A stretch of DNA of 52,924 nucleotides. Source: a virus (Duplodnaviria > Caudoviricetes). How positions within the stretch are numbered: the first letter of the stretch is position 1; each line of letters starts with the position of its first letter. Location: IMG/VR virus record IMGVR_UViG_3300002136_000057, positions 1-52,924 of that record; one strand, given 5' to 3'. A program made the translations under genes and the position numbers. The notes beneath the pieces were generated by a model. That model did not search any database, was not told the origin of the DNA, and worked only from the letters and a program-made list of their open reading frames with translations. Positions 1-9,449 of this stretch are shown here, one piece after another.

Positions 1-282
1 AGACCAAAGCCAACCATATTAAGAGAATATATAGATAAGAAGACGTATAAAACTGAGCAAGTTTTGCAGTCTGATGCTATCTGGGCAGTGTTCTTTCAAA
101 ATCAACCCTTTAATCTTAAAAGCGCAAACATGCTTACTAGCTATCCGGGACCTAAGTATAAAAAGACTAGCTTTTCAAATCCCGGACATGCACTTAATCT
201 AGCAAAAAAATTAAACAATTTGTTTGATAGTGACGAATTTACTGTGGTTAAACTTACCTCAGGTGAAACAATCGTCGAATGA
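1..282 (+). CDS. Phage hypothetical protein, 5' end truncated by the window edge
   Basis: Frame is open from base 1 (RPKPTILREYIDKKTYKTEQVLQSDAIW...), so the track start at 64 is internal; stop overlaps the next ATG (ATGA). Confidence 0.75.
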   Translation, partial: RPKPTILREYIDKKTYKTEQVLQSDAIWAVFFQNQPFNLKSANMLTSYPGPKYKKTSFSNPGHALNLAKKLNNLFDSDEFTVVKLTSGETIVE

Positions 283-686
283 ACTGGAAAGAAACCTACA
301 CTAAAATATTTCTTAGGGCTGCTGACAAAAGTATTGGCGAGTCTGCTGTAAAGGAGTATTTTCCTGTGTGGTGGAAGAATACTCGAGCAAAAGATACAGG
401 CGGACTGCGTCTTACCGACGAAGGCTTCCGCTTTATTACAGAAGATATAGAACTTACTACCTATGAAGTTCCGTATCCAAGAGATTTTGAACTTACTACT
501 AATGTAGTAATTTGGATGGACAACTTTATTGATTGTCCATACTATTTAGGTAGGCATGGTATCATTGTTACGAACGAAAAGAAGGCCATGGAATTACACC
601 TGTTTAGTGGAGACATACGCAAGTATGGACTAACAAAAGCACTAAACAGACATAAAAAAGGCGATCTAGGCGCCAATAGTGGTTGA
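279..686 (+). CDS. Phage hypothetical protein
   Basis: 135 aa ORF translationally coupled to the upstream gene. Confidence 0.75.
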   Translation: MNWKETYTKIFLRAADKSIGESAVKEYFPVWWKNTRAKDTGGLRLTDEGFRFITEDIELTTYEVPYPRDFELTTNVVIWMDNFIDCPYYLGRHGIIVTNEKKAMELHLFSGDIRKYGLTKALNRHKKGDLGANSG

Positions 687-711
687 CCTTTGCTGTTATC
701 GGTGTTATTAT
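683..711 (+). promoter_or_regulatory. Sigma70-type promoter for the AAA ATPase
   Basis: TTGACC (683-688), 17 bp spacer, TG-n-TATTAT (706-711). Confidence 0.7.
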
Positions 712-760
712 ATATACATAGTTAGAAATTAGGCACTGATAAAGTTTTAAGGAACACAAA

Positions 761-1846
761 ATGGAAAACTCCGCACTTCGTACCGTTACTCCTAACAGCG
801 CAAAGAAAAGCATTGTACGTGCTTTTAAGAAAAAGCGTCCGCTGTTCCTTTGGGGGCCTCCGGGTATTGGTAAGTCAGATATTGTTCATCAGATTGGTGA
901 GCAAATGGAAGCTCACGTTATTGATATTCGGTTGAGCCTTTGGGAACCTACAGACATTAAAGGTATTCCATATTTTGATCCAACTCAGAATAAAATGGTT
1001 TGGGGTGCTCCAAGCGAGCTTCCAGATGCAGAAATGGCAGCAAAGTACAAGTTTATTATTCTTTTCCTAGACGAAATGAACTCGGCAGCTCCTAGTGTAC
1101 AAGCGGCAGCATATCAGTTGATTTTGAATCGTAAGGTTGGCCAGTACACATTGCCAGATAATGTTCTTATTATTGCAGCCGGTAACCGCGAAGCTGACAA
1201 AGGTGTTACTTATCGCATGCCTGCTCCGTTGGCTAATCGTTTTGTACACTTGGAACTTGCTGTTAACTTTGATGACTGGTTCCAGTGGGCAGTTGCTAAT
1301 AAGATTCACCGCGATGTTGTAGGTTACTTGACATTTGCAAAGAAAGACTTGTACGATTTTGATCCTAAGAGCCCAAGCCGTAGCTTTGCCACTCCCCGTT
1401 CATGGACGTTTGTTAGTGAGTTGCTTGAAGATGACGACGATGACAACACTACTACTGATTTGGTTAGTGGTGCAGTAGGCGAAGGACTTGCTGTGAAATT
1501 TATGGCACACCGCCGAGTGGCATCAAAAATGCCTAACCCAACAGACATCTTGCTTGGTAAAGTTAAAGAGTTGAAGACAAAAGAAATCAGTGCTATGTAT
1601 TCCTTAACTGTTTCACTCTGCTACGAACTAAAAGAAGCATGCGATAAGAACGACAAAGGGTTTGATAACAAAGTAAATAACTTCCTACGCTTTGCAATGG
1701 ATAATTTTGAAACTGAACTTGTTGTTATGGGTATTAAACTTGCTCTTACACAATATGCTTTGCCTATTGATCCAGATGAAGTAGAATGCTTTGACGAGTT
1801 CCATGCACGATTTGGCAAGTACATTAAAGCCGCACAACAAGCGTAA
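761..1846 (+). CDS. MoxR-like / AAA_5 AAA+ ATPase
   Basis: Walker A GPPGIGKS, Walker B LFLDEMN, AAGN sensor, PAPLANRF arginine finger, TPRSW; adjacent VWA partner. Confidence 0.9.
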   Translation: MENSALRTVTPNSAKKSIVRAFKKKRPLFLWGPPGIGKSDIVHQIGEQMEAHVIDIRLSLWEPTDIKGIPYFDPTQNKMVWGAPSELPDAEMAAKYKFIILFLDEMNSAAPSVQAAAYQLILNRKVGQYTLPDNVLIIAAGNREADKGVTYRMPAPLANRFVHLELAVNFDDWFQWAVANKIHRDVVGYLTFAKKDLYDFDPKSPSRSFATPRSWTFVSELLEDDDDDNTTTDLVSGAVGEGLAVKFMAHRRVASKMPNPTDILLGKVKELKTKEISAMYSLTVSLCYELKEACDKNDKGFDNKVNNFLRFAMDNFETELVVMGIKLALTQYALPIDPDEVECFDEFHARFGKYIKAAQQA

Positions 1847-1859
1847 CCATAAAAGAGTT

Positions 1860-1888
1860 TGGGCGTTCTCAATAAAAACGTCCATTTT
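1860..1888 (+). terminator. Possible intrinsic terminator
   Basis: TGGGCGTT ... AACGTCCA stem (one G-U pair) followed by TTTT, just after the ATPase stop. Confidence 0.5.
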
Positions 1889-1891
1889 CAC

Positions 1892-1920
1892 TTGACTTTT
1901 CCTGTAAAACAATATATAAT
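1892..1920 (+). promoter_or_regulatory. Sigma70-type promoter for the VWA/peptidase gene
   Basis: TTGACT (1892-1897), 17 bp, TATAAT (1915-1920). Confidence 0.8.
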
Positions 1921-1950
1921 ATATACATAACAGTTAAAAAGGAATGCAAA

Positions 1951-3246
1951 ATGAGCGTCAAAGGCAAGAAAAACTGGGAACCTAAAGAGCTTACTGAAGA
2001 AGAACTTAAAGTAATGCGAGTTGACGTACTTGATCGTATTATTGTAGCTCGTGTTGGTTTGTTGTTAAATCATCCATTTTTTGGTAATATGGCAACTCGT
2101 TTGCAGATCAAAAGTGCAGATGATTGGTTAGGCACAGCCGCAGTAGACGGACGTAATTTGTATTTTAATACTCAATTTTTTGATAAGATGTCTAACAAAG
2201 AAATTGAGTTTGTTATTGCACACGAAATTCTTCACTGTGTATTTGATCACTTAACTCGTAGAGAAGATCGAATTCCAAGAATTCATAACATTGCCGCAGA
2301 CTATATTGTAAACAACTTGCTTGTACGAGATCGTATTGGTACTAAACCTACGTTTATTGATTGCTATCAAGACTTTAAATATGATAAATGGTCTTCAGAA
2401 GACGTATACGACGATATCCTAGAAGATGCTAAGAAAAACGGTGAAGAGTTTCTTAAACAGCTAGGCGAATTGCTAGACGAGCATATCGACTGGGAAGGTG
2501 AAGGCGACGAAGGTCAAGGCAAAGATTCTAACGGAAACGGAGCAGACGGTAAAGAAAGCAAAAGCCGTCCTACATATTCTAAGGATGAGCTTAAAAAGAT
2601 CAAAGACGAGATCAAAGAAAATATGATTTCGGCAGCACAAACATCAGGTGCAGGTAATACGCCAGGTGAGATACAGCGTATGATCAAAGAACTCACTGAG
2701 CCTAAAATGAACTGGCGTGAAATGCTACGTCAGCAAATTCAAAGTACTGTACGCAACGATTACACGTTTAGTCGCCCAAGCCGTAAAGGACAGATGACTG
2801 GTGCTATTTTGCCGGGCATGAACTTTGACGAAACTATTGATATTTGTATTGCACTTGATATGAGTGGCTCGATTGGTGACGATCAAGCACGTGACTTCCT
2901 AAGCGAGATCAAAGGCATTATGGACGAGTACAAAGACTACAATATTAAATTGTGGTGCTTTGATACTAAAGTGTATAACGAGCAAGACTTTAGTGCAGAT
3001 GGTGGCGATGATTTGATGGACTATGAGATCAAAGGCGGTGGCGGTACTGACTTTGATGCTAACTGGACGTACATGAAGTACAATGATATCCAGCCTAAGA
3101 AGTTTATTATGTTTACAGATGGATATCCTTGGGATAGCTGGGGTGATGAAAGTTACTGCGATACTATCTTTATTATTCACAGTCATCGCGATAAGAACTT
3201 ACAAGCACCATTTGGGTTAACAGCACACTATGAGGACGCGGCTTGA
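1951..3246 (+). CDS. DUF2201-like putative metallopeptidase with C-terminal VWA domain
   Basis: HEILH (HExxH), acidic/Gly linker, MIDAS DMSGS, GGGGTDF and FTDG motifs. Confidence 0.88.
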   Translation: MSVKGKKNWEPKELTEEELKVMRVDVLDRIIVARVGLLLNHPFFGNMATRLQIKSADDWLGTAAVDGRNLYFNTQFFDKMSNKEIEFVIAHEILHCVFDHLTRREDRIPRIHNIAADYIVNNLLVRDRIGTKPTFIDCYQDFKYDKWSSEDVYDDILEDAKKNGEEFLKQLGELLDEHIDWEGEGDEGQGKDSNGNGADGKESKSRPTYSKDELKKIKDEIKENMISAAQTSGAGNTPGEIQRMIKELTEPKMNWREMLRQQIQSTVRNDYTFSRPSRKGQMTGAILPGMNFDETIDICIALDMSGSIGDDQARDFLSEIKGIMDEYKDYNIKLWCFDTKVYNEQDFSADGGDDLMDYEIKGGGGTDFDANWTYMKYNDIQPKKFIMFTDGYPWDSWGDESYCDTIFIIHSHRDKNLQAPFGLTAHYEDAA

Positions 3247-3521
3247 AACTTAAAGAGCCTAATGCACTAAACTTTTTTGAAGTACGGAGAGCAAATTTAC
3301 CTGCTCCGTACTTTGAATACATTTTATTGCCCACTAGATATAACTTAGAACAAAGTCTAGTTAAATGGATAGAACAAAACCTTAAGGGTAGATTCTATGT
3401 AGGAAAAACTATTGGTGTTACTAACACTAATAGCATTGAAAACATGACCAAGGTAGGATTTGAGGAAGCTAAAGAGCTTTCTTATTTCACTTTGGCATGT
3501 CCGTATTTAAAATATAATTAA
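3243..3521 (+). CDS. Phage hypothetical protein
   Basis: 92 aa ORF, TTG start overlapping the previous stop. Confidence 0.65.
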   Translation: MKLKEPNALNFFEVRRANLPAPYFEYILLPTRYNLEQSLVKWIEQNLKGRFYVGKTIGVTNTNSIENMTKVGFEEAKELSYFTLACPYLKYN

Positions 3522-3554
3522 ATATAGTATAACTTACATAACAGGAGAAAAATT

Positions 3555-3773
3555 ATGACTGAAGAAGTTAAAGAAGCAGAGGCAACAGAAACAACAACAG
3601 CAGCAGCACCCGAGTTGACTGTTAATGACCTTTCTGCACTTAAACAAATTATTGACGTAGCAAGTCAACGTGGTGCATTTAAACCTAACGAAATGGTTTC
3701 TGTTGGTACTATATACAACAAATTAGAAATCTTTCTAAGTGCAGTACAAGCACAACAAGCTAAAGGAGAATAA
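3555..3773 (+). CDS. Small phage hypothetical protein
   Basis: AGGAG RBS upstream; 72 aa. Confidence 0.75.
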   Translation: MTEEVKEAEATETTTAAAPELTVNDLSALKQIIDVASQRGAFKPNEMVSVGTIYNKLEIFLSAVQAQQAKGE

Positions 3774-3775
3774 CA

Positions 3776-4402
3776 ATGGCTGATACAAAACACGTAGGTC
3801 GCATTGCTAAAACTAGAAAAAAATGCGGCGTAGTATATCGAGTAGTACCCGGTGAACCAGAAAACTGTGTCATAGTATTAACTGAAAGTTTAGAAGCAGC
3901 CGATCATGACTCGCTTATTAACTTGATTAATTCAGCAACTGCACAAGATTCATACGAACTAGGCGAAGCAATGGCAAGATCACAATTGTCCGATGGTAGT
4001 AATATGCTTGCTCGTTTCCATACTACTGGACGTATGCAAAAAGTTGCAACTAACTTAGTAGAAATGACTCCTAATAATAATGCATCTATTAACCTAGCTG
4101 AACTAAACAATATTATTGCCCAGCAAAAAGGTGTAACTGTTGCAGATCTTGCGCTAGGTGGTGCTAAGCCAGCAGCAAACACAGGAGTAACCAATGCAGC
4201 TGATGCATATGTTACTCCAACTATGGCAGCAATGGACGAAGTTACTATGTCTAATGAAGGTATAATTACTGACGATATGCTTGCTAAAAAGTTCCGGAGT
4301 GATGCAGATCGACTAAGCAAAGAAGCAGCAGACTTACGTAGACAAGCAGAAGAATTAGTACCTACTAAAAAAGCAACCAAGAAAACTGCCGAGAGTGCCT
4401 AA
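3776..4402 (+). CDS. Phage hypothetical protein with C-terminal coiled-coil-like and basic tail
   Basis: AAGGAG RBS; 208 aa. Confidence 0.75.
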   Translation: MADTKHVGRIAKTRKKCGVVYRVVPGEPENCVIVLTESLEAADHDSLINLINSATAQDSYELGEAMARSQLSDGSNMLARFHTTGRMQKVATNLVEMTPNNNASINLAELNNIIAQQKGVTVADLALGGAKPAANTGVTNAADAYVTPTMAAMDEVTMSNEGIITDDMLAKKFRSDADRLSKEAADLRRQAEELVPTKKATKKTAESA

Positions 4403-4706
4403 GAGTAAGAAGCTTCCTCCAGCTGTTATTAACACATGGCCTGAAATCTTCGGCGAAATTGAGATTGATGTTGTGCCAATTGAATATTTGCACAGCATTA
4501 ATGTCAAGTTTAAAGATGGAAAGATCTGGGAAATTGATGTTAAAAAATCTCGCGAAAAGAAGAACATAAATATCGAATCAGCATTAGAAGAACTATTCGA
4601 GCAATATGAAGATGCTATCGACAGCATTGATTTCAGACTGGATACTGAAAAAGTTAAGTACGATATCAAAAGACGAACCGCATTGTTTATGAAGAAACGC
4701 AAGTAA
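4395..4706 (+). CDS. Phage hypothetical protein
   Basis: GTG start overlapping the previous gene; 103 aa. Confidence 0.7.
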   Translation: MPKSKKLPPAVINTWPEIFGEIEIDVVPIEYLHSINVKFKDGKIWEIDVKKSREKKNINIESALEELFEQYEDAIDSIDFRLDTEKVKYDIKRRTALFMKKRK

Positions 4707-4721
4707 TCTTTCTGTCAAAGG

Positions 4722-4730
4722 CATAAATAC
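4722..4730 (+). promoter_or_regulatory. T4-late-like promoter box (CATAAATAC)
   Basis: ATAAATA core upstream of the tail-fibre RBS AGGAG (4748-4752); the same core precedes other structural genes. Confidence 0.6.
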
Positions 4731-4759
4731 TAATAACAATACTATCCAGGAGTTTATAG

Positions 4760-6148
4760 ATGGCCTTACAAGTAAGACGCGGTACTAATGCAGAAAGATT
4801 AGGAATCACCCCCTTAGCAGGTGAATTAGTATATACAACAGACACAAAACAGCTATACGTAGGTGACGGTGCCACTGCTGGCGGTATTACCAGCATTGCA
4901 GGAACAATTGATTCACTACTAGCTGATACTACACCGCAACTAGGCGGAACACTAGACTTAAACGGTAATAATATTACAGGTACTGGTAATATTAACATTA
5001 ACGGTACTATTACTGCTACAGGAAATATTAACCTAGGTGACGGTATTGGTAGTGATATTGTTGTGTTTGGTGGAGCAATACAAGGACATCTTGTACCAGA
5101 TGCGGACATTACTTGGAATTTAGGATCTCCTACAAAACAATTTAACGAAGTATGGATTAGTCAACTCAATGTTGAAAATCAGCTTAATGCTAACAGAATT
5201 AATGCTAGTCTAATTGCAGATGATAGTACTGTAGTTTTTGATGCAACTGCTGGAACATTGCTTGCAAGCACATTAACTGGCACTGCTATAATTAATGTAA
5301 CTGGTAACGTAACTGGTAACGTAACTGGTAACGTAACTGGCAACTTAACTGGAAATGCTAACGGAGCACATACTGGTACATTTGATGGAGATTTGTCTGG
5401 AAGTGTGTTTGGAGATAATAGTACATTAATTGTTGACGGTATAAACAACACTGTACTTGTTAATGTTAGTAATGTTATTACTACAAGTTCAACATATACA
5501 CAAGGCGCAAATATTCGTGTCGGTGGGACAGGCAATGGAAACATAATATCGCTTCAAGACAATGTAGACAGTTCACTATTAATTATAACAACCGAAGATA
5601 CTGCTGGCAGTGTTATTATTTCTAGACCGTTACAAGTAGGAAGCAGTTCTGCGCTTGTCGCCGATGGCAAAGTGACTGTTATTACAGGTGTACAAAATTC
5701 AGCAGGCATTGTGCTAAGTGGTCATTTTGACGGTACCGGCAACACTATTTCTACAATTAGTAGATCAAGAGGAACAAAAGCTGCGCCTACTCCAATCCAA
5801 AACGGAGACGGTTTAGGTTCATACTTATTAACAGGTTATAATGGAGCTGCTTATAGAGTAGCAGGCGGTATTAAAGCAACTGTAGCAGGTACTCCACAAG
5901 CAGCATATATACCTTCTAATGTTGAAATATTTGTTGGTAACTCCTCCGGCGGTGCTGAGGTAATCCTCCAAGCAAAACAAGCTCAAAAAGTTACTGAATT
6001 TTTTGGTCCTGCAAAACTAGTATCATATGCTGATGCTGCTGCAAGAGATGCTGCTGTTACTGCTCCAGAAGCAGGTATGATGGTATTTAATACAACAAAT
6101 ACTAAGTTCCAAGGGTATAATGGTAGTGCTTGGGTAGACTTAAACTAA
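4760..6148 (+). CDS. Tail fibre / receptor-binding-like structural protein
   Basis: N-terminal LQVRRGT...GELVYTTDTKQLYVGDG (Mtd/hyaluronidase N-terminal type), DTTPQLGGTLDLNG, G/T/N-rich beta repeats, C-terminal GMMVFNTT..KFQGYNGSAW. Confidence 0.8.
   Translation: MALQVRRGTNAERLGITPLAGELVYTTDTKQLYVGDGATAGGITSIAGTIDSLLADTTPQLGGTLDLNGNNITGTGNININGTITATGNINLGDGIGSDIVVFGGAIQGHLVPDADITWNLGSPTKQFNEVWISQLNVENQLNANRINASLIADDSTVVFDATAGTLLASTLTGTAIINVTGNVTGNVTGNVTGNLTGNANGAHTGTFDGDLSGSVFGDNSTLIVDGINNTVLVNVSNVITTSSTYTQGANIRVGGTGNGNIISLQDNVDSSLLIITTEDTAGSVIISRPLQVGSSSALVADGKVTVITGVQNSAGIVLSGHFDGTGNTISTISRSRGTKAAPTPIQNGDGLGSYLLTGYNGAAYRVAGGIKATVAGTPQAAYIPSNVEIFVGNSSGGAEVILQAKQAQKVTEFFGPAKLVSYADAAARDAAVTAPEAGMMVFNTTNTKFQGYNGSAWVDLN
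5297..5356 (+). repeat. 12-bp in-frame tandem repeat (GTAACTGGTAAC) encoding VTGN
   Basis: Three perfect copies (5297-5332) plus two degenerate copies. Confidence 0.9.
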
Positions 6149-6154
6149 TATCAA

Positions 6155-6736
6155 ATGCATGATAGATACTTTATATTAGAAAATTTTAAAATATCTAAAA
6201 AACTTAAACAATCATTATTGTCTATAGATAAAAGGCGCTTTCGATACTACGGTATGAAAAGGAAGCGTCTTTTTATGTGTAATGTAGATTTATCATTAGT
6301 TCCGGAATTACAAGAAGTATTAAACAAATTCCAAGACCCTAATATTATAAGTAATTTTGAATTAATGTACACACAGTCCGGTACTATAGTAATGCCACAT
6401 ATTGATAGCAATCGTAATGCAGCTATTAATATTCCAATCGATGGAGATTTTAAAAACTCATATATTGGATTTTACAACAAAGGTACTCGTTTTGTACCTA
6501 ACATTGTTAATTCATCTGAAGGTGAAATTGTTGTTGGTGGGGGAGGATATCCAGGTGCTGTACTAATAGAGAAAGTATCTTATACATCGCCTATATGTTT
6601 AAATAATCAATCTATACATAATGTTGCAAATTTTTCAAAAAAAGATAGAGTAATATTAGGCGTTGGATTTAATACTTCATTAAACTATTTAGATATATTA
6701 AAATTGCATCAATCTAATAGGTTGACAACATCGTAA
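6155..6736 (+). CDS. Fe(II)/2OG oxygenase-like (cupin/DSBH) protein
   Basis: PHID...IHNV...DRVIL: HxD..H..R pattern. Confidence 0.7.
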   Translation: MHDRYFILENFKISKKLKQSLLSIDKRRFRYYGMKRKRLFMCNVDLSLVPELQEVLNKFQDPNIISNFELMYTQSGTIVMPHIDSNRNAAINIPIDGDFKNSYIGFYNKGTRFVPNIVNSSEGEIVVGGGGYPGAVLIEKVSYTSPICLNNQSIHNVANFSKKDRVILGVGFNTSLNYLDILKLHQSNRLTTS

Positions 6737-6750
6737 TAAGTTGTTATAAT
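6722..6750 (+). promoter_or_regulatory. Perfect consensus sigma70 promoter, probably giving a leaderless panD mRNA
   Basis: TTGACA (6722-6727), 17 bp, TG-t-TATAAT (6745-6750); ATG follows after 6 nt with no SD sequence. Confidence 0.85.
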
Positions 6751-6756
6751 AATGCT

Positions 6757-7113
6757 ATGAAAGAATATATACATGCAAAAATTCATAACATAAATGTCAC
6801 TGCTAAATCAATTGACTACCACGGTAGTGTAACTGTCTGTTCACATCTATTAGAGCAATCAGGTATAGATCACTATCAAAAAGTAGATATTGTAAATCTA
6901 AACAACGGTCATCGATGGACAACTTACACTGTTCCTGGGCCGCTAGGATCATTTGAATTGAATGGCGGCGGAGCAAGGCTAGGTGAAATTGGTGATAGAT
7001 GCGTAGTTATTGCATATGAAATGACGGATCAATTTGCTGGTTCAAAGGTGATCTTTTGCGATAAGTACAACAATATATCAAACACACTAACATACCTATT
7101 GGAGGAAAAATGA
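6757..7113 (+). CDS. panD: Aspartate 1-decarboxylase (pyruvoyl-dependent)
   Basis: AKIH, YHG/SVT self-cleavage site, NNGHRWTTY, LNGGGARL..GD.. motifs; typical length. Confidence 0.9.
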   Translation: MKEYIHAKIHNINVTAKSIDYHGSVTVCSHLLEQSGIDHYQKVDIVNLNNGHRWTTYTVPGPLGSFELNGGGARLGEIGDRCVVIAYEMTDQFAGSKVIFCDKYNNISNTLTYLLEEK

Positions 7114-8057
7114 AAACTATTAAGCTGCCCGGTTTTGGTTCTTTAGGAGCACAAGCCATTGATATCGATCTCAACACTGCAAGTGATTTAGACCTAATGG
7201 ATCTAGGTGCATTAGTTTTTAATGAACTAGTTGTTTATGTTGACGCTAAAGGTGCAAGTATAAGTCCGCAACGATATCATTACATACAATCTCTATGGGG
7301 CAACCCAGTTGTATCAAATGCACGACCTAAACTAGAAGAACTCATTAAGCAAGAAGGCATGACTAAACTTATTGCTGAAACGTTAAGTGACATTAAAAAA
7401 ATGCGGGGTGGGCTTGAAGATTTACGAGGCATGATTCGTGTTACAGGCATCAAGGACGAAAAAGGTAGACGAACAGGCATGTTTGCTGACGGTGAACTTG
7501 AATGGCACAGCAACCAACAAAGCGACAATAGTGGGTATGCTCCGCTAATTGGGCTTCAAGGTGTAGAAGGCACTGAAGGATCTAGCACAGAATTTTTGCA
7601 AACTGTAGATGCGTTTAACGACCTAAGTCAAGAATTGCAATCAGAAGTTAGAGAACTTATTGCTATTCACAGCTTTGATAAAGATAAAATTTGCAAGGGC
7701 ACGTCGGATTCACAAGCTCTTATTACACAGATGCACCTTGTTCCTAACGACGGGGCTGAGATGCCAGTTATTGCAACTGCTCCAAATAGCATGACCGGTA
7801 TGCATTTTCCGTGGACAAGTATTGTAGGATTCAAAGGATATTCACAAAAAGAATTTGAATCTTTATATACAACACTTGTTAACCATCTGTGGCAGGATAA
7901 GTATGTATATAAACATATGTGGAAAGACGGAGAAATTGTATGGATGGATCAAATAGTAACATTACACAGACGTCCTGGAACCGATACAGGAAAGAGATTA
8001 CTGCATCGCATGTGTTCAGATTGGAGTAATATACTTAATGACTCCTTACACTATTAA
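7110..8057 (+). CDS. TauD/TfdA-family dioxygenase (HxN variant)
   Basis: WHSN, TEFLQTVDAFNDLS, HMWKDGEIVWMDQIVTLHRR, RLLHR. Confidence 0.8.
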   Translation: MKTIKLPGFGSLGAQAIDIDLNTASDLDLMDLGALVFNELVVYVDAKGASISPQRYHYIQSLWGNPVVSNARPKLEELIKQEGMTKLIAETLSDIKKMRGGLEDLRGMIRVTGIKDEKGRRTGMFADGELEWHSNQQSDNSGYAPLIGLQGVEGTEGSSTEFLQTVDAFNDLSQELQSEVRELIAIHSFDKDKICKGTSDSQALITQMHLVPNDGAEMPVIATAPNSMTGMHFPWTSIVGFKGYSQKEFESLYTTLVNHLWQDKYVYKHMWKDGEIVWMDQIVTLHRRPGTDTGKRLLHRMCSDWSNILNDSLHY

Positions 8058-8742
8058 ATATGAAGACATAGATTCAAAAAATCTTAAAAAAGATCTATTA
8101 ACCCACGGCCTGTTATACATACCTTGCAAAAATGCACTGTCTATTGACGAATATAAAAAGATAACATCAAAATTAGGCAAGGCTCTTATTGCTAAAAAGC
8201 ATACATTAGATGACGATCGCCATGTACAATATGTAAGCGATAAAGGACTTTTTAGTAATACAGATGTTGACTGGCACAATGATTGGAGTTATGGTTCTGG
8301 AGATTATTTTGGAACGGTTCTTTATAACAATAAGAACGGACATCTAAGCACTACAGATTTTGTAGACATGCAGCAAGCATACAACATGTATTTAGACAAA
8401 GAATACTTAGAGAATACCTGTGGCGATTACTTTCCGCCACAGGGCCTGCACGAAAGTTGTTTTACTCCTCGTATGCTAAAGATACTTGAAAGAGCTAGAG
8501 TCACAAGAAAGTTTGCACATACACATCATATTACTGGAAATAAAGTTTTATATTTTAGTCCTGGGACATTACAATCAGATGTTGATATTGCACACTTGGT
8601 AGATTATTGCGAACAACAAGAAATTTATAAACACAATTGGCAAGATAACGACATACTTATATACGATAACATTCGCGTTATGCACAGACGGCACGCCTTT
8701 GAAGGTGAGCGTGAATTATGGAGAACACAGTTTTGGATATAA
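8038..8742 (+). CDS. TauD/TfdA-family dioxygenase
   Basis: WHND, TDFVDMQQAY, HNWQDNDILIYDNIRVMHRR, RELWR. Confidence 0.85.
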   Translation: MTPYTIKYEDIDSKNLKKDLLTHGLLYIPCKNALSIDEYKKITSKLGKALIAKKHTLDDDRHVQYVSDKGLFSNTDVDWHNDWSYGSGDYFGTVLYNNKNGHLSTTDFVDMQQAYNMYLDKEYLENTCGDYFPPQGLHESCFTPRMLKILERARVTRKFAHTHHITGNKVLYFSPGTLQSDVDIAHLVDYCEQQEIYKHNWQDNDILIYDNIRVMHRRHAFEGERELWRTQFWI

Positions 8743-9449
8743 GCAATAACGTTAAAATTAGAGGATTACTTGTATTCAATCATCTTTTAGGTGGTTATGC
8801 ACTATACACAGCATTTTCATGGAACTTGCTGTTGTTGTCGTATATTATTGGCTTTACGCTAGGCGGTGTTGGAATTAGTATAGGGTACCATAGATATTTT
8901 GCACATCGCACATTCAGTACCAATAAATTTTTTGAATACGCTTTATTAGCAATTGGTCATTATGCAAGTCTTGGTAGTGCAATTACTTGGGTAGGAGTTC
9001 ATCGAGAGCATCATGCTAACAGTGATACAGAAAACGATCCGCACAGTCCAAAGTATAATGGTGTATTAAGGACACTAATACACGTTTGGAAGCGTTACGA
9101 AATAAAATTAAAGTATATAAAAGATATGTTAAAAGACAATAAGCTAAAAATGCAGCATCAATATTATTTTTTAATCCTATTTGCATTTATAGTAGCATTG
9201 CTTCTGTTAGTTGGACCTGTATACGCTGCATACCTTTATTCTATTCCTGCTGCATACGTGTTTTATGCTACGGGCATTGTTAATAGTATAAATCACATTG
9301 GTGGTAAACCACATAATATACCATTGCTTAATCTAATTACAAGCGGCGAAAGCTATCATTTAAATCATCATAATGATTCAAAAGCGTGGAAGTTTGGAAC
9401 ATACGACCCGATGTCACCTATAGTTAGGATTATTAAAAATGAAAATTAA
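8718..9449 (+). CDS. Membrane fatty-acid desaturase (delta9-like)
   Basis: His boxes HRYFAH, HREHH, HLNHH; DPHSP; hydrophobic segments. Confidence 0.9.
   Translation: MENTVLDISNNVKIRGLLVFNHLLGGYALYTAFSWNLLLLSYIIGFTLGGVGISIGYHRYFAHRTFSTNKFFEYALLAIGHYASLGSAITWVGVHREHHANSDTENDPHSPKYNGVLRTLIHVWKRYEIKLKYIKDMLKDNKLKMQHQYYFLILFAFIVALLLLVGPVYAAYLYSIPAAYVFYATGIVNSINHIGGKPHNIPLLNLITSGESYHLNHHNDSKAWKFGTYDPMSPIVRIIKNEN

Noticed and set aside
4713-4718. Minus-strand TTGACA as an antisense promoter
   Set aside because: No -10 element at 16-18 bp spacing.
4760-6148. Diversity-generating retroelement suggested by the Mtd-like N-terminus
   Set aside because: No reverse transcriptase and no template/variable repeat pair seen in the window; this N-domain is common in fibres.
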